NCBI GenBank assembly: GCA_004212155.1
Contig: RXIG01000018.1
Span: forward strand, 1 to 31,193
Length of the DNA stretch: 31,193 bases
Origin: an archaeon
Lineage (GTDB): Archaea; Methanobacteriota_B; Thermococci; Methanofastidiosales; NM3
Direction of reading: 5' to 3'
The notes beneath the pieces are model-generated. The model was not told the origin of the DNA and ran no database searches. It saw nothing but the letters and a program-made list of their open reading frames with translations. This document shows, piece after piece, positions 18,725-28,101 of this stretch (positions within the stretch are counted from its first letter, which is position 1; the number at the start of each line of letters is the position of its first letter). The position numbers were made by a program, and so were the translations under genes.

Positions 18725-19492
18725 TCACCTGTTTCGTGCCATCACTGCCCCCGTTGATAGTTCACCGATGCACGAGCCGAGCGCCCCGGCCGCATCGCCC
18801 CCCTGTTCCTCGATGCACCGTACCAACGCGCTGCCCACGATGACGCCATCCGCACCTGTTGCCAGCACCTCCTCCACGTGCAGGGGTGTCGATATGCCAA
18901 ACCCCACGGCAAGCGGCCTCGAGCATACCGACCGGGCACGGGAGACGAACGTCCCCAGGTCGCCTGACACGTCATGTGACACACCGGTCGTGCCGAATCG
19001 TGAGACGAGATAGACATAGCCTGTCGTAGCCGCGTCGATGCGTGCAAGGCGTTCATCCGGCGTGTTGGGCGCTGCGAGGAACACGGTCTCGACGCCATGG
19101 TCCTCGCATGCGGCACATAAAGCGGACGATTCCTCGATGGGAAGGTCGACCGAGAGCAGTCCGGTGACGCCAGCCTCACGCGCATCGCCGACGAATCGCT
19201 CGATGCCGCGCCGATAGATGATGTTGTGGTAGGTCATCACCACGACCGGTGTGTCGTCGACGTCGGTGAAGCGGCGTATCGTCTCGAACACGCCATCGAC
19301 TGTCGCCCCTCCCTCGAGCGCACGGGCGTGGGACGCCTGTATCACGGGGCCGTCGGCGATGGGGTCGCTAAACGGCATGCCCATCTCGATGACGTCGGCA
19401 TGGGGGGAGAGCGCGTGCATGAACTCGAGCGTCGCGTCCATATGGGGGTCGCCTGCCGTGATATACGGTATCAATGAACGTCTCAACCGCAT
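18725..19492 (-). CDS. trpA: Tryptophan synthase alpha chain
   Basis: [44 protein letters not shown]. Confidence 0.97.
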   Translation of the reverse strand: MRLRRSLIPYITAGDPHMDATLEFMHALSPHADVIEMGMPFSDPIADGPVIQASHARALEGGATVDGVFETIRRFTDVDDTPVVVMTYHNIIYRRGIERFVGDAREAGVTGLLSVDLPIEESSALCAACEDHGVETVFLAAPNTPDERLARIDAATTGYVYLVSRFGTTGVSHDVSGDLGTFVSRARSVCSRPLAVGFGISTPLHVEEVLATGADGVIVGSALVRCIEEQGGDAAGALGSCIGELSTGAVMARNR

Positions 19493-20646
19493 CCGAGCGC
19501 CTCCATCACGATCTCGAGGTCCTTATCGCCTCGTCCCGAAAGATTCACCACGATCACGTCGTCGCGCGACATCTCGGGGGCCATGCGCATGGCCTGGGCG
19601 AGCGCGTGTGACGACTCGAGGGCGGGGATGATGCCCTCTGTCCGTGACAATGCCTTGAACGCAGCAAGCGTCTCCTCGTCGGTGCTATGGACGTAGCGAG
19701 CACGTCCGATATCGGCAAGATGCGCATGTTCGGGCCCCACGCCCGGATAGTCGAGGCCTGCCGAGATGCTGTGCGTGCCCCTGATCTGGCCGTCGTTGTC
19801 CTGCAGGACATACGAGTGCATACCATGGAAGACGCCCCGCTCACCGCGGGATATCGTGGCGCAGTGCTCGAGCGTGTCGACCCCCTTGCCCGCAGCCTCG
19901 ACGCCGACGAGGTCGACATCGTCATCGATGAAGGGGTAGAAGATGCCCATGGCGTTGCTGCCGCCACCGACGCATGCGACGACCGCATCGGGGAGCGAGC
20001 CCGTCTGCCCGATCGCCTGCTCGCGCGCCTCGCGTCCGATGACGCTCTGAAGGTCGCGCACCATGGCGGGGAACGGGTGGGGCCCCATGACCGACCCGAT
20101 GAGGTAGTGTGTCGTGGTAAACGACCCGGCCCAGTCGCGCAGGGCCTCGTTTATGGCATCCTTCAATGTCCGCGTGCCCGTCCGGACCGGCACGACCGTT
20201 GCACCGAGCAGCTGCATGCGAAACACGTTGGCACGCTGGCGCACCGTGTCCTTCTCGCCCATGTAGACGAGGGTCTCCATGCCAAGCAGCGCGCCCGCCA
20301 TGGCGGTGGCGACGCCGTGCTGGCCGGCACCCGTCTCGGCGATGAGGCGACGCTTCCCCAGGTGGTGGGCAAGGAGCGCCTGTCCGACGGTATTGTTTAT
20401 CTTGTGCGCCCCGCCGTGGAGCAGATCCTCCCGCTTGAGATATATCTGGGCACCCCCAAGCAGCGTGGAGAGATTCTCGGCGTGATAGAGCAGGGTGGGG
20501 CGTCCGCAATAGGTGCGCAGATAGCGGCCAAGCCGCTCCTGGAACGGTGCGGACGGCATCACCTCCTCATACGCTGCTTCGAGCTCCTCGAGCGGCGGCA
20601 TAAGCACCTCGGGGACGAACCGTCCCCCGTATGAACCAAACTTCAT
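19483..20646 (-). CDS. trpB: Tryptophan synthase beta chain (TrpB1 type)
   Basis: [15 protein letters not shown] (PLP lysine), [38 protein letters not shown]. Confidence 0.98.
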   Translation of the reverse strand: MKFGSYGGRFVPEVLMPPLEELEAAYEEVMPSAPFQERLGRYLRTYCGRPTLLYHAENLSTLLGGAQIYLKREDLLHGGAHKINNTVGQALLAHHLGKRRLIAETGAGQHGVATAMAGALLGMETLVYMGEKDTVRQRANVFRMQLLGATVVPVRTGTRTLKDAINEALRDWAGSFTTTHYLIGSVMGPHPFPAMVRDLQSVIGREAREQAIGQTGSLPDAVVACVGGGSNAMGIFYPFIDDDVDLVGVEAAGKGVDTLEHCATISRGERGVFHGMHSYVLQDNDGQIRGTHSISAGLDYPGVGPEHAHLADIGRARYVHSTDEETLAAFKALSRTEGIIPALESSHALAQAMRMAPEMSRDDVIVVNLSGRGDKDLEIVMEALGCG

Positions 20647-21287
20647 AATGATACCTCCTTTCGTAACGCGCCCCTGGCGTTGGCGGCATACCGTGCCACG
20701 AGACGTTCATCCTTCGAGCCGTTGTGCTCGGTCCCCGACGATGCATCGACCCCGTACGGGTCGACGTATGCGACCGCCTCGGCGACCGTATCGGGCCCAA
20801 GGCCCCCGGCCAGTACTATGTCATGGTCGCGTGCGACAAGCCTGCTCACGCGCAGGTCGTGTACGCGTCCTGTCCCCCGTCCCGTGTCAAGCAGCGACAT
20901 GTCGGCATCGTATCGGTCGATGTCACGCGATATGCGCGCTGCCTCAATGCGAGGGTCGCTTGAGCGGGAAGGCACGGAGTACGCCTTCATGATGGAGACG
21001 TCGTGGCGCGAGCGGATGCGCTCCAGCTCTGACGGGCCGATCTCGTCGGTGTGGACCTGGATGTGCGTGGCACCGGTCCGCTCGATAAGTACGTCCCACT
21101 CATCGGCCGACGCGCAGGTCGAGACGAGATAGGTGGGGATACGGGCTGCCATGATGAGCGAGCGGGCCCGTACGAGCGTGACGCTGCGATGCGACGCACT
21201 GGCAACGACGACGCCGGTGGCATCGGCATGGCGGGCCACAGTGTCGTGTTCGCCGCGTGTCCTCACGCCGCATACCTTGACATGCAT
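20643..21287 (-). CDS. trpF: Phosphoribosylanthranilate isomerase
   Basis: [40 protein letters not shown] overlap with trpG. Confidence 0.95.
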   Translation of the reverse strand: MHVKVCGVRTRGEHDTVARHADATGVVVASASHRSVTLVRARSLIMAARIPTYLVSTCASADEWDVLIERTGATHIQVHTDEIGPSELERIRSRHDVSIMKAYSVPSRSSDPRIEAARISRDIDRYDADMSLLDTGRGTGRVHDLRVSRLVARDHDIVLAGGLGPDTVAEAVAYVDPYGVDASSGTEHNGSKDERLVARYAANARGALRKEVSL

Positions 21288-21862
21288 CACACCACCCCGC
21301 ACATGGTAAGGAAGTTGCGCACGATGGCCCTGCCCTCGTCGGCGCGCTCGCCAGTGAGCACGCTCTCGGGGTGGAACTGCACGCCCTCGATACGGCGTTC
21401 AAGCGAACGTATGCCCATGATGGTGCCGTCCGACGCCGTCGCGCTTACCTCGAATCCGGGCGGGCAACGGGTCACGGCGAGCGAATGGTAGCGTCCTGCG
21501 CGAAACGGCGATGCGATGCCGTCAAAGATCGTGCGCGCATCGTGGAAGATGTCGCTTGCCTTTCCATGCATCGGCGCCACGCGCGAGACCGTGCCTCCAA
21601 ACACATGCCCGATCACCTGATGTCCCAGACAAACACCAAGGACGGGCACGAGCGCATGGGTGACGATCGTCGGCACGTTGCCGACATACCGTCGCTTCTC
21701 GGGCGCGCCCGGTCCCGGGGAGATGATGATGCCGTCTGGCGCCAGCGCATGCAGGTCGCGGGGGGAAATCGTGTTGGGGACGACCTCGACCTCGTCGTGA
21801 AGCGAGACGTAGTCGGCGAGATTCCACACGAACGAGTCCCTGTTGTCGATGAGCGCGATCAT
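21287..21862 (-). CDS. trpG: Anthranilate synthase component II
   Basis: IDNRDSF, ISPGPG, GVCLGHQ, RYHSL, QFHPES. Confidence 0.96.
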   Translation of the reverse strand: MIALIDNRDSFVWNLADYVSLHDEVEVVPNTISPRDLHALAPDGIIISPGPGAPEKRRYVGNVPTIVTHALVPVLGVCLGHQVIGHVFGGTVSRVAPMHGKASDIFHDARTIFDGIASPFRAGRYHSLAVTRCPPGFEVSATASDGTIMGIRSLERRIEGVQFHPESVLTGERADEGRAIVRNFLTMCGVV

Positions 21863-23175
21863 ATGCCACCCTCCACGTTGAGTGCCGAGAGCACGGCAGA
21901 CATCTTTTTTTCCGTCTCATCGAACTCCGTCGAAGGGACCGAATCGGCGACGATCCCTGCCCCCGCACGCACGCGACACGCTTTGTCGAACTGTATCATG
22001 CGTATCGCTATGGCGGTGTCGGCGGTCCCGTTGAGCGAGAAGTATCCGGCGCATCCGCCATATGCGCGCCTGGGGGAGCGTTCTAACTCGGAGATGACCT
22101 CCATGGCACGGACCTTCGGGGCGCCCGAGAGCGTCCCAGCGGGGAATGCGGCCGCCAGGGCGTCATACATCGTCGCGTCGGGGCGGAGCTTCGCCACCAC
22201 CTCGCTTTCGATGTGCTGCACGCGCGCATACGGCACGACCTCCATATAGGTGGGGACGTGAACGGACCCGGGCAGTGCCACCTTGCGCGCATCGTTTCTG
22301 GCAAGGTCGACAAGCATCACGTGCTCGGCCCGTTCCTTCTCGTCCTGCAGGAGCCGTGTGGCCAGCGCCCCGTCCTCCGCATGTGATGCGCCGCGTGTTG
22401 TGGTGCCTGCGATGGGATTGATATGGAGCGTGTCGCCTTCCACGCGCACCATCGTCTCGGGAGAGGACCCGGCGACCTTCATTCGTTCGAACTCGATGAG
22501 GAAGAGGTACGGGCTCGGATTCGCCCCCCTGAGGCGCAGATAGGCCTCGAAGGGCGACATCGGCGTAGATACCTCGTACTCACGTGAGAGCACGACCTGG
22601 AAGACGTCGCCGGCAAAGACATAGTCCCTGGCACGCTCGACCATGTCCTCGTAGCAGGCCCTGTCCGCATCGGTCCTCCGGATCGACGACGGGTTCTGGC
22701 ACAGCCCCACCTCCATGGTACGTGCCTCGGCGACGATGCCGTCGACATCGTGCCCCTCGTGTCCGGGAAGGCAGCGATAGGTAAGCGTATCATGGACATG
22801 GTCGTAGACGAAGGCACCAGGATAGAAGCCAAAGCACGAGGGCTCGGCAATGTGGCCACCCACGTCCGCATGGACCGAGTCGTATGCCGCATAGCCCACG
22901 AAGCCGCCCACGAATCCCTCGCCGTCGACATGACACTCGTGAAGCGACTTGAGCGCCCTGAACGGGTTGCGTTCGGACGAGAGGTACGAACCGTCGACAC
23001 GGGTGCCCCCAGACCCTATCTCAACGGTGTATGCTGGATTCGAGGATATGTAGGTGTATCTGGCATGAGAACCCTCCTTCGTGCGCGACTCGAGCATGAA
23101 CGGATCGCGCCCCTCCCTGCGAACGGCGCCGTAGAGGGCAAGGGGATCGACGTGCTCAAGCCTTCGGATATGCAT
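21859..23175 (-). CDS. trpE: Anthranilate synthase component I
   Basis: FMLES, GDVFQVVLS, NPSPY, SSPE, PIAGT, KERAEHVMLVDLARND, PAGTLSGAPK, AGAGIVADS. Confidence 0.96.
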   Translation of the reverse strand: MHIRRLEHVDPLALYGAVRREGRDPFMLESRTKEGSHARYTYISSNPAYTVEIGSGGTRVDGSYLSSERNPFRALKSLHECHVDGEGFVGGFVGYAAYDSVHADVGGHIAEPSCFGFYPGAFVYDHVHDTLTYRCLPGHEGHDVDGIVAEARTMEVGLCQNPSSIRRTDADRACYEDMVERARDYVFAGDVFQVVLSREYEVSTPMSPFEAYLRLRGANPSPYLFLIEFERMKVAGSSPETMVRVEGDTLHINPIAGTTTRGASHAEDGALATRLLQDEKERAEHVMLVDLARNDARKVALPGSVHVPTYMEVVPYARVQHIESEVVAKLRPDATMYDALAAAFPAGTLSGAPKVRAMEVISELERSPRRAYGGCAGYFSLNGTADTAIAIRMIQFDKACRVRAGAGIVADSVPSTEFDETEKKMSAVLSALNVEGGI

Positions 23176-24127
23176 TGCGTATCACCTTCAGTTGTCGATA
23201 GGCATCGCCCATGAGCGTCTCACGCGCGATGTCGGCACACTCGTCGTAATCGCGCCCCGTTGCGACATGCAGCGCCAGTGCGCCGTTGAGCGTGAGGAGC
23301 ACCCTGTCCTCGCAGATCCCGTCACCGCGCAGCACTGCCTCGATGCGGCGTGCGCTCTCCTCGGGTGACGAGACGGGAAGGATGGGGGCAGAGCGTATGC
23401 CACACTCCTTGGGCGTGATGGTGGAGGCAGAGACCTCGTCACCGCATACCTCGAGCAACGTCGTCGTGGAGCAGGGATGCGCCTCGTCGAGCCCGTCGCC
23501 ATGGACGACGAGCGCACGCGTGACGTCCATATGGCACAACGCCTCGGCCACGATGGGAAGGAGGTCGCGATCGGAGACGCCGATGAGCTGGTAGCGTGGC
23601 GATGCGGGATTAGCGAGCGGGCCAAGGATGTTGAAGACGGTGCGGATGCCAAGCATTCTCCGTACGGGCATGATGCGCTGGAGCGCGGGATGATAGAGGG
23701 GTGCATGCAGGTAGGAGAATGAGCAAGCATCCATGCCGTCGTGCACCGTGTCGGGTGCGGCCACCACATTTATACCCAGCGCAGAGAGCACGTCCGAGGA
23801 GCCGCTCTGCGACGTGATGGAACTGTTGCCGTGCTTGGCCACCCGCGCATGACACGAGAGCATGAGCGCCACAGCGGTGCTCACGTTGATCGTGCACGCC
23901 CTGTCGCCGCCGGTGCCGCACGTGTCACACGTCATGCCAAGGTCGACCCTGAGCGCATGCTCGCGCATGGCCATGGCAAGGCCTGCAAGCTCGGCGCCGC
24001 CGTATCCCTTCGCCTGCATCGCTGCGAGATATGCTGCCATGCGCACCTCGCTCTCGTCAAGGAGGCATGTGAAGAGCTCGTGTGCCTCATCGAAGTCGAG
24101 ATGGCGCGAGACGACGGCCTCTAGCAT
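23156..24127 (-). CDS. trpD: Anthranilate phosphoribosyltransferase
   Basis: DTCGTGGD, TINVST, AKHGN, SGSSD, RTVFNILGPLANP, GLDE. Confidence 0.96.
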   Translation of the reverse strand: MLEAVVSRHLDFDEAHELFTCLLDESEVRMAAYLAAMQAKGYGGAELAGLAMAMREHALRVDLGMTCDTCGTGGDRACTINVSTAVALMLSCHARVAKHGNSSITSQSGSSDVLSALGINVVAAPDTVHDGMDACSFSYLHAPLYHPALQRIMPVRRMLGIRTVFNILGPLANPASPRYQLIGVSDRDLLPIVAEALCHMDVTRALVVHGDGLDEAHPCSTTTLLEVCGDEVSASTITPKECGIRSAPILPVSSPEESARRIEAVLRGDGICEDRVLLTLNGALALHVATGRDYDECADIARETLMGDAYRQLKVIRNAYPKA

Positions 24128-24819
24128 GGACCCACCCCCATGAACTCCTCGAACTTCTGCTCGATGGACGGCGCGCGCATGAGCGACGTACCGATGAGCG
24201 CCGCGTTCGTATGGGCAAGCGCCCGTGCGAGGTCGGATGCGGTGTCGATGCCGCTCTCGCTGACAAGCAGCTCGTCCGTATCGATGAGACAGGCGATGGA
24301 TTCGGTGACCGAGACGGTGCCGCCATCCCGTTCGAACGCGGTGATATCCCTGTTGTTGATGCCGATCATCGTCGTGTTCGATGAGATGGCATGAGGAATG
24401 TCCTCAGAGTTGTGCACCTCGACGAGCGTGTCGAGACCAAGCGAGCGTGCCACGTCGACGAGCTCCGCCGTGCCTTCCCCAAGCGTTCGCGCTATGAGGA
24501 GCACTGCCGAAGCGCCTGCTGACGCCGTCTCCTCGAGCTGCTCGCACGACGTGACGAAATCCTTCCTCAATACGGGAAGGTCGGTCATGTCGCATATGGA
24601 ACGAAGCACCCCGAGCGAGCCGCGAAACATATCTGCGGTAATGTAGGATATACCGACGGCACCGCATGTCTCGTATGCCGAGACGATGTCCTCGATGCGA
24701 CGGTCGCCCCTCAGGTCACCCAGAAGGGGAGAATAGCACTTCACTTCCGCTATGATGGCCGGAAGCGAGCGTGAGTTCTGCGATGTGATGGCCCGGGACA
24801 GGCCAAAATACACCACCAC
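24121..24819 (-). CDS. trpC: Indole-3-glycerol-phosphate synthase
   Basis: IIAEVKCYSP, PVLRKDF, LVEVH, IGINNRD, VSESGI. Begins with GTG GTG GTG, so the exact start is uncertain. Confidence 0.96.
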   Translation of the reverse strand: MVVYFGLSRAITSQNSRSLPAIIAEVKCYSPLLGDLRGDRRIEDIVSAYETCGAVGISYITADMFRGSLGVLRSICDMTDLPVLRKDFVTSCEQLEETASAGASAVLLIARTLGEGTAELVDVARSLGLDTLVEVHNSEDIPHAISSNTTMIGINNRDITAFERDGGTVSVTESIACLIDTDELLVSESGIDTASDLARALAHTNAALIGTSLMRAPSIEQKFEEFMGVGPC

Positions 24820-24853
24820 GTGTTGAATGCATACGCCAACACACTGCGTATAG

Positions 24854-24868
24854 TTTATAAATTTATCT
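24854..24868 (-). promoter_or_regulatory. Candidate BRE/TATA of the trp operon
   Basis: Minus strand AGATAAA-TTTATAAA, 35 nt upstream of the trpC start. Confidence 0.6.
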
Positions 24869-24875
24869 GAAAAAA

Positions 24876-24911
24876 TGTAGTAATTAATACACTGATGTAC
24901 AAAACTGTAGA
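24876..24911. promoter_or_regulatory. Array of TRP-box-like hexamers (TGTACA consensus) at 10-bp period
   Basis: TGTAGT 24876, AATACA 24886, TGTACA 24896 and TGTAGA 24906, each separated by 4 bp. Confidence 0.6.
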
Positions 24912-24958
24912 CATATTGGTGTGAAACGAAGTAAATGATGTATATTCTTTTATGTTTC

Positions 24959-25726
24959 CTAGCGAGTCATATACCCCCTGTTCGAATGCACGATACGGTG
25001 CGCGACATACGCCGCCCCAAACCCGTTGTCGATGTTGACGACGCTGATGCCGGGCGCGCAGCTGTTGAGCATGGCAAGGAGCGCCGAGAGTCCCTCGAAC
25101 GAGGCACCGTAGCCCACGCTCGTGGGAACAGCGATGACAGGCGCATCGACCAATCCCCCGACCACGCTCGGCAGGGCGCCGTCCATGCCCGCGACGACGA
25201 TGACCGCACCGGCGCCCCGTATCATGTCGAGATGACCGATGAGGCGATGGATGCCCGCGACGCCGACATCGCCGATGAGCGAAACATCGTCGCCGAGCAT
25301 ACGCGCCGTCTCGGCGGCCTCCTCGGCCACAGGAAGGTCTGACGTGCCTGCGGTAAGGATCACGACCGGTGCGGTGCTGGATGAGGGTGCCGGCTCGCCG
25401 ACGGTGATGACCCTGCCCAGCTCGTTGTAGTGCGCATCGGGATGGTCGCTTCTCACCACCTCATAGACCTCTGACGTTGCACGCGTGGCGATGACGGGCA
25501 CGCCGTGGGTGCGCATGGTGGAAATGATCCGTGCCACCTGTGCAGGGGTCTTTCCCTCGCAGAGTATCGCCTCGGGTCCGCCCGTACGGGCCCCCCTACC
25601 CGTATCGAGCTTCACATCACCCATGTCGACGTAGGTCGACGTGGAAAGGCGCCTGAGCGCCTCGTCTATCGAGATGGTCCCCTCGCTGATAGCCTCGAGT
25701 ATCGCGCGTACGTCGTCAGTCCTCAT
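24959..25726 (-). CDS. larB: Nickel-pincer cofactor biosynthesis protein LarB
   Basis: PEAILCEGKT, AGTSDLPVAEEA, DVGVAGIHRL, VAGMDGALPSVVGGL, PTSVGYGA, LNSCAPG, VNIDNGFGAA. Confidence 0.95.
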   Translation of the reverse strand: MRTDDVRAILEAISEGTISIDEALRRLSTSTYVDMGDVKLDTGRGARTGGPEAILCEGKTPAQVARIISTMRTHGVPVIATRATSEVYEVVRSDHPDAHYNELGRVITVGEPAPSSSTAPVVILTAGTSDLPVAEEAAETARMLGDDVSLIGDVGVAGIHRLIGHLDMIRGAGAVIVVAGMDGALPSVVGGLVDAPVIAVPTSVGYGASFEGLSALLAMLNSCAPGISVVNIDNGFGAAYVAHRIVHSNRGYMTR

Positions 25727-26078
25727 CGCCGTGCACCTTCTCAAGGTAGTCCTTGAGCACCACCGCATTATTTCGTTCCCTGTCCTTGACGGCATAGAGG
25801 AGCGTGACGATGTCGTGCTCGTCCATGATGCTCAAAAGCTCTTGTACATCATCATCACGTTCCTCGAGCTCCTTGACGTACGCCTTCTTGAACCCATCCC
25901 AGTCGCCATCCCCCTTGTGATACCACGTGCGCAGCTCGTTGCTGGGGGCAACGCTTTTTTTCCATGCGTCAAGCTGGGCTCGTTCCTTAGAGACGCCTCG
26001 CGGCCACAAACGGTCGACAAGCACACGGTAGCCGTCGTCGTCCGAGACGTCATCATAGATCCGTTTAATTCGTAGCAT
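25716..26078 (-). CDS. DUF488 (YeaO-like) family protein
   Basis: IKRIYD..DDGYRVLVDRLWPRGVSKE, APSNELRTWY, VTLLYA...NNAVVL. Confidence 0.92.
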   Translation of the reverse strand: MLRIKRIYDDVSDDDGYRVLVDRLWPRGVSKERAQLDAWKKSVAPSNELRTWYHKGDGDWDGFKKAYVKELEERDDDVQELLSIMDEHDIVTLLYAVKDRERNNAVVLKDYLEKVHGDED

Positions 26079-26082
26079 GATG

Positions 26083-26110
26083 CTACCATATGGTAGAGGT
26101 CGTTAATTAA
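26083..26110 (-). promoter_or_regulatory. Candidate internal promoter (TTAATTAA) with a 14-bp palindromic operator
   Basis: Minus strand TTAATTAA-CGACCT-CTACCATATGGTAG-CATC-ATG. Confidence 0.45.
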
Positions 26111-26920
26111 TCATGTGGGCTCATCGTCGAACGAACCATGCTGGTACCCTTTGAGGTCGAGTGCCACATGGCCGAATCCGAGGCGTCGAAACACCTCGTC
26201 GACATCGTCCATGACGGATCCTGAGAAGAAGAGATGGCGCTCCTCGGGCGCCACCTCGATGCGTGCGACGTCACCATGCACGCGAACACGCACCTTCGAA
26301 ACGCCGACCGTTTCACGCATGTAGAGCTCTGCTTCCTCGAGGCGTGCGAGCATCTCATCGTCGACGGGCGTGTCGTAGGGCAGCCTCGTGAGGAGGCATG
26401 GCGACGAGGGCACGGCAGCGACCTCCGGTGCGAGTCGGCGAGCAAGATAGCGAACGTCTTGCTTTCCCAACCCCGCTTCCGCCAGGGGGCTTTTGACATC
26501 TGCCTCCTCGAGGGCGCGAAGCCCGGGCCGGTACTCCTCGAGCTCATCGGCGTTCGTCCCGTCCACGAGGGTGCACCCGCGCGCCGTGGCGACATTGTGC
26601 ATGGCACGCACCATGTCGCGCTTGCAGAGGTAGCAACGATCATACGGATTCTGACGGACATCGGGAGGAAAGTCGCGGACGATGACGTCATGGGATATGT
26701 GGCGCAGCGATGTGAAGTATACGGCACGGTCGACGCACTCCTGCTGTACGTAGGGGTACGCGATGGTGATGGCGTGCACATCGCCCTCGAGCACCTCGTG
26801 GGCGGCCTGGAGGAGGACCGAACTGTCGACACCCCCCGAGAACGCGACCAAAACGCTACCGAAGGGGCGCAGCGTGTTAGCAAGCCGCTGGTATGCGTCA
26901 CTCGCTCGAACATCCGTCAA
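26111..26920 (-). CDS. larE: ATP-dependent sulfur transferase LarE
   Basis: PP-loop AFSGGVDS, DRCYLCK, DGTNAD..YRPG, SSPCLLTRLPY, VRVRVHGDVARIEV. The start is tentatively TTG 26920 behind GAGGAGGTG. Confidence 0.93.
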   Translation of the reverse strand: MTDVRASDAYQRLANTLRPFGSVLVAFSGGVDSSVLLQAAHEVLEGDVHAITIAYPYVQQECVDRAVYFTSLRHISHDVIVRDFPPDVRQNPYDRCYLCKRDMVRAMHNVATARGCTLVDGTNADELEEYRPGLRALEEADVKSPLAEAGLGKQDVRYLARRLAPEVAAVPSSPCLLTRLPYDTPVDDEMLARLEEAELYMRETVGVSKVRVRVHGDVARIEVAPEERHLFFSGSVMDDVDEVFRRLGFGHVALDLKGYQHGSFDDEPT

Positions 26921-28082
26921 AGGAACGGTACACCTCCTCATAGATCCGTTGCAGCGAGACACCGTGCTCCTGGGCCCGCTGCCTGCACTGCTCGTACTCG
27001 GGCTTCATGTGGACGCATTCGCTTCCCAAGAACGCGATCTTGACCGTGATGTCGCCAAACGGCGTATGGACGGTGCCATATGTGCGATTGAGCATGTGCT
27101 TCGTGACAGGATGGGTGCGGATGCCAAGGGTCGTCGACTCCTTGAAGACGACGGAGAGGATATCGTGCTCGAGGTCACGCTCGTAGAGCACGCCCACCTT
27201 CGTCGCAGGACGGCCCTTCTTCATGATGATGGGGGTGTAGAAGACATCGGAGGCGCCTGCCTCGAACAGCTTGTCGCTTAGATGCTCGTACTGTTCTGGA
27301 TTCATATCGTCGATGTTGCACTCGGCCATCATGGCATGGCCCGTAGCCCAGATGCCGCCCGTGGTGTCATCATGGCAGAGGCACGCCCGCAGCAAGTTTG
27401 GTATCTCGAGGTCCTTGGTCCCGAGACCGTAGCCGATGGCATCGATGGTAAGGTCGAACGAATCGGTGAACTCGTCAACGATCGAAGCGAGGATCGCAGC
27501 TCCTGTGGGTGTGGTCGTCTCAGACTGCACGGCGCCGCCTCGAACGGGGATGCCCGTGAGAAGCTCGGCCGTGGCGGGCGCCGGTACGGGGAACGTACCA
27601 TGGGCACAGCGCACCATGCCGCCGCCCACCTGGACAGGGGATGATATCACCTTGTCAACGTCGAGGTATTCGAAGCAGAGCGCCGCACCAACGACGTCGA
27701 CTATAGAGTCAAGCGCTCCCACCTCGTGGAAGTGCACCTCCTCGAGCGTGGTGCCGTGCACGCCGGCCTCGGCACGGCCCAATCGTGTGAAGATGTCGAT
27801 GCTTCGTTCCTTGACGCGTTCAGGAAGCGAGCTCTTTGTGATGAGCGCCACGATATCGGTATAGGTGCGCGAATGGTGCGAATCGGGGGCGATGACATCG
27901 ACCTTCGTGCCCGTGATGCCCTTTCGGGCTTCGCGTCTCACCCCGAGGCGAACGTCCTCACCGAGGCCGAGCGCACGAATGCCTTCTTCCAGATAGTCGA
28001 CGTCGACGCCCAGCTCGATCATCGCGGCAAGATTCATGTCGCCGCTGATGCCGGAGAAGCAGTCATAGTAGAGCACCTTCAC
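26898..28082 (-). CDS. larC: Nickel insertion protein LarC (single uninterrupted ORF)
   Basis: DCFSGISGDM, HFHEVGALDSIVD, CAHG..PVPAPAT, TTPTGA, NIDD, MKKGRP, KPEYE. GTG start. Confidence 0.95.
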   Translation of the reverse strand: MKVLYYDCFSGISGDMNLAAMIELGVDVDYLEEGIRALGLGEDVRLGVRREARKGITGTKVDVIAPDSHHSRTYTDIVALITKSSLPERVKERSIDIFTRLGRAEAGVHGTTLEEVHFHEVGALDSIVDVVGAALCFEYLDVDKVISSPVQVGGGMVRCAHGTFPVPAPATAELLTGIPVRGGAVQSETTTPTGAAILASIVDEFTDSFDLTIDAIGYGLGTKDLEIPNLLRACLCHDDTTGGIWATGHAMMAECNIDDMNPEQYEHLSDKLFEAGASDVFYTPIIMKKGRPATKVGVLYERDLEHDILSVVFKESTTLGIRTHPVTKHMLNRTYGTVHTPFGDITVKIAFLGSECVHMKPEYEQCRQRAQEHGVSLQRIYEEVYRSFDGCSSE

Positions 28083-28101
28083 ATCGCCACCCCCTTTAAC
28101 A

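Noticed and set aside
24750-24842. 30-codon minus-strand ORF (VLAYAFNTWWC...) with tandem Trp codons over the trpC start, resembling an attenuator leader
   Set aside because: TGG TGG follows automatically from the GTG GTG GTG start of trpC. There is no SD or terminator, and stalling there would block trpC when Trp is scarce, which is the wrong logic.
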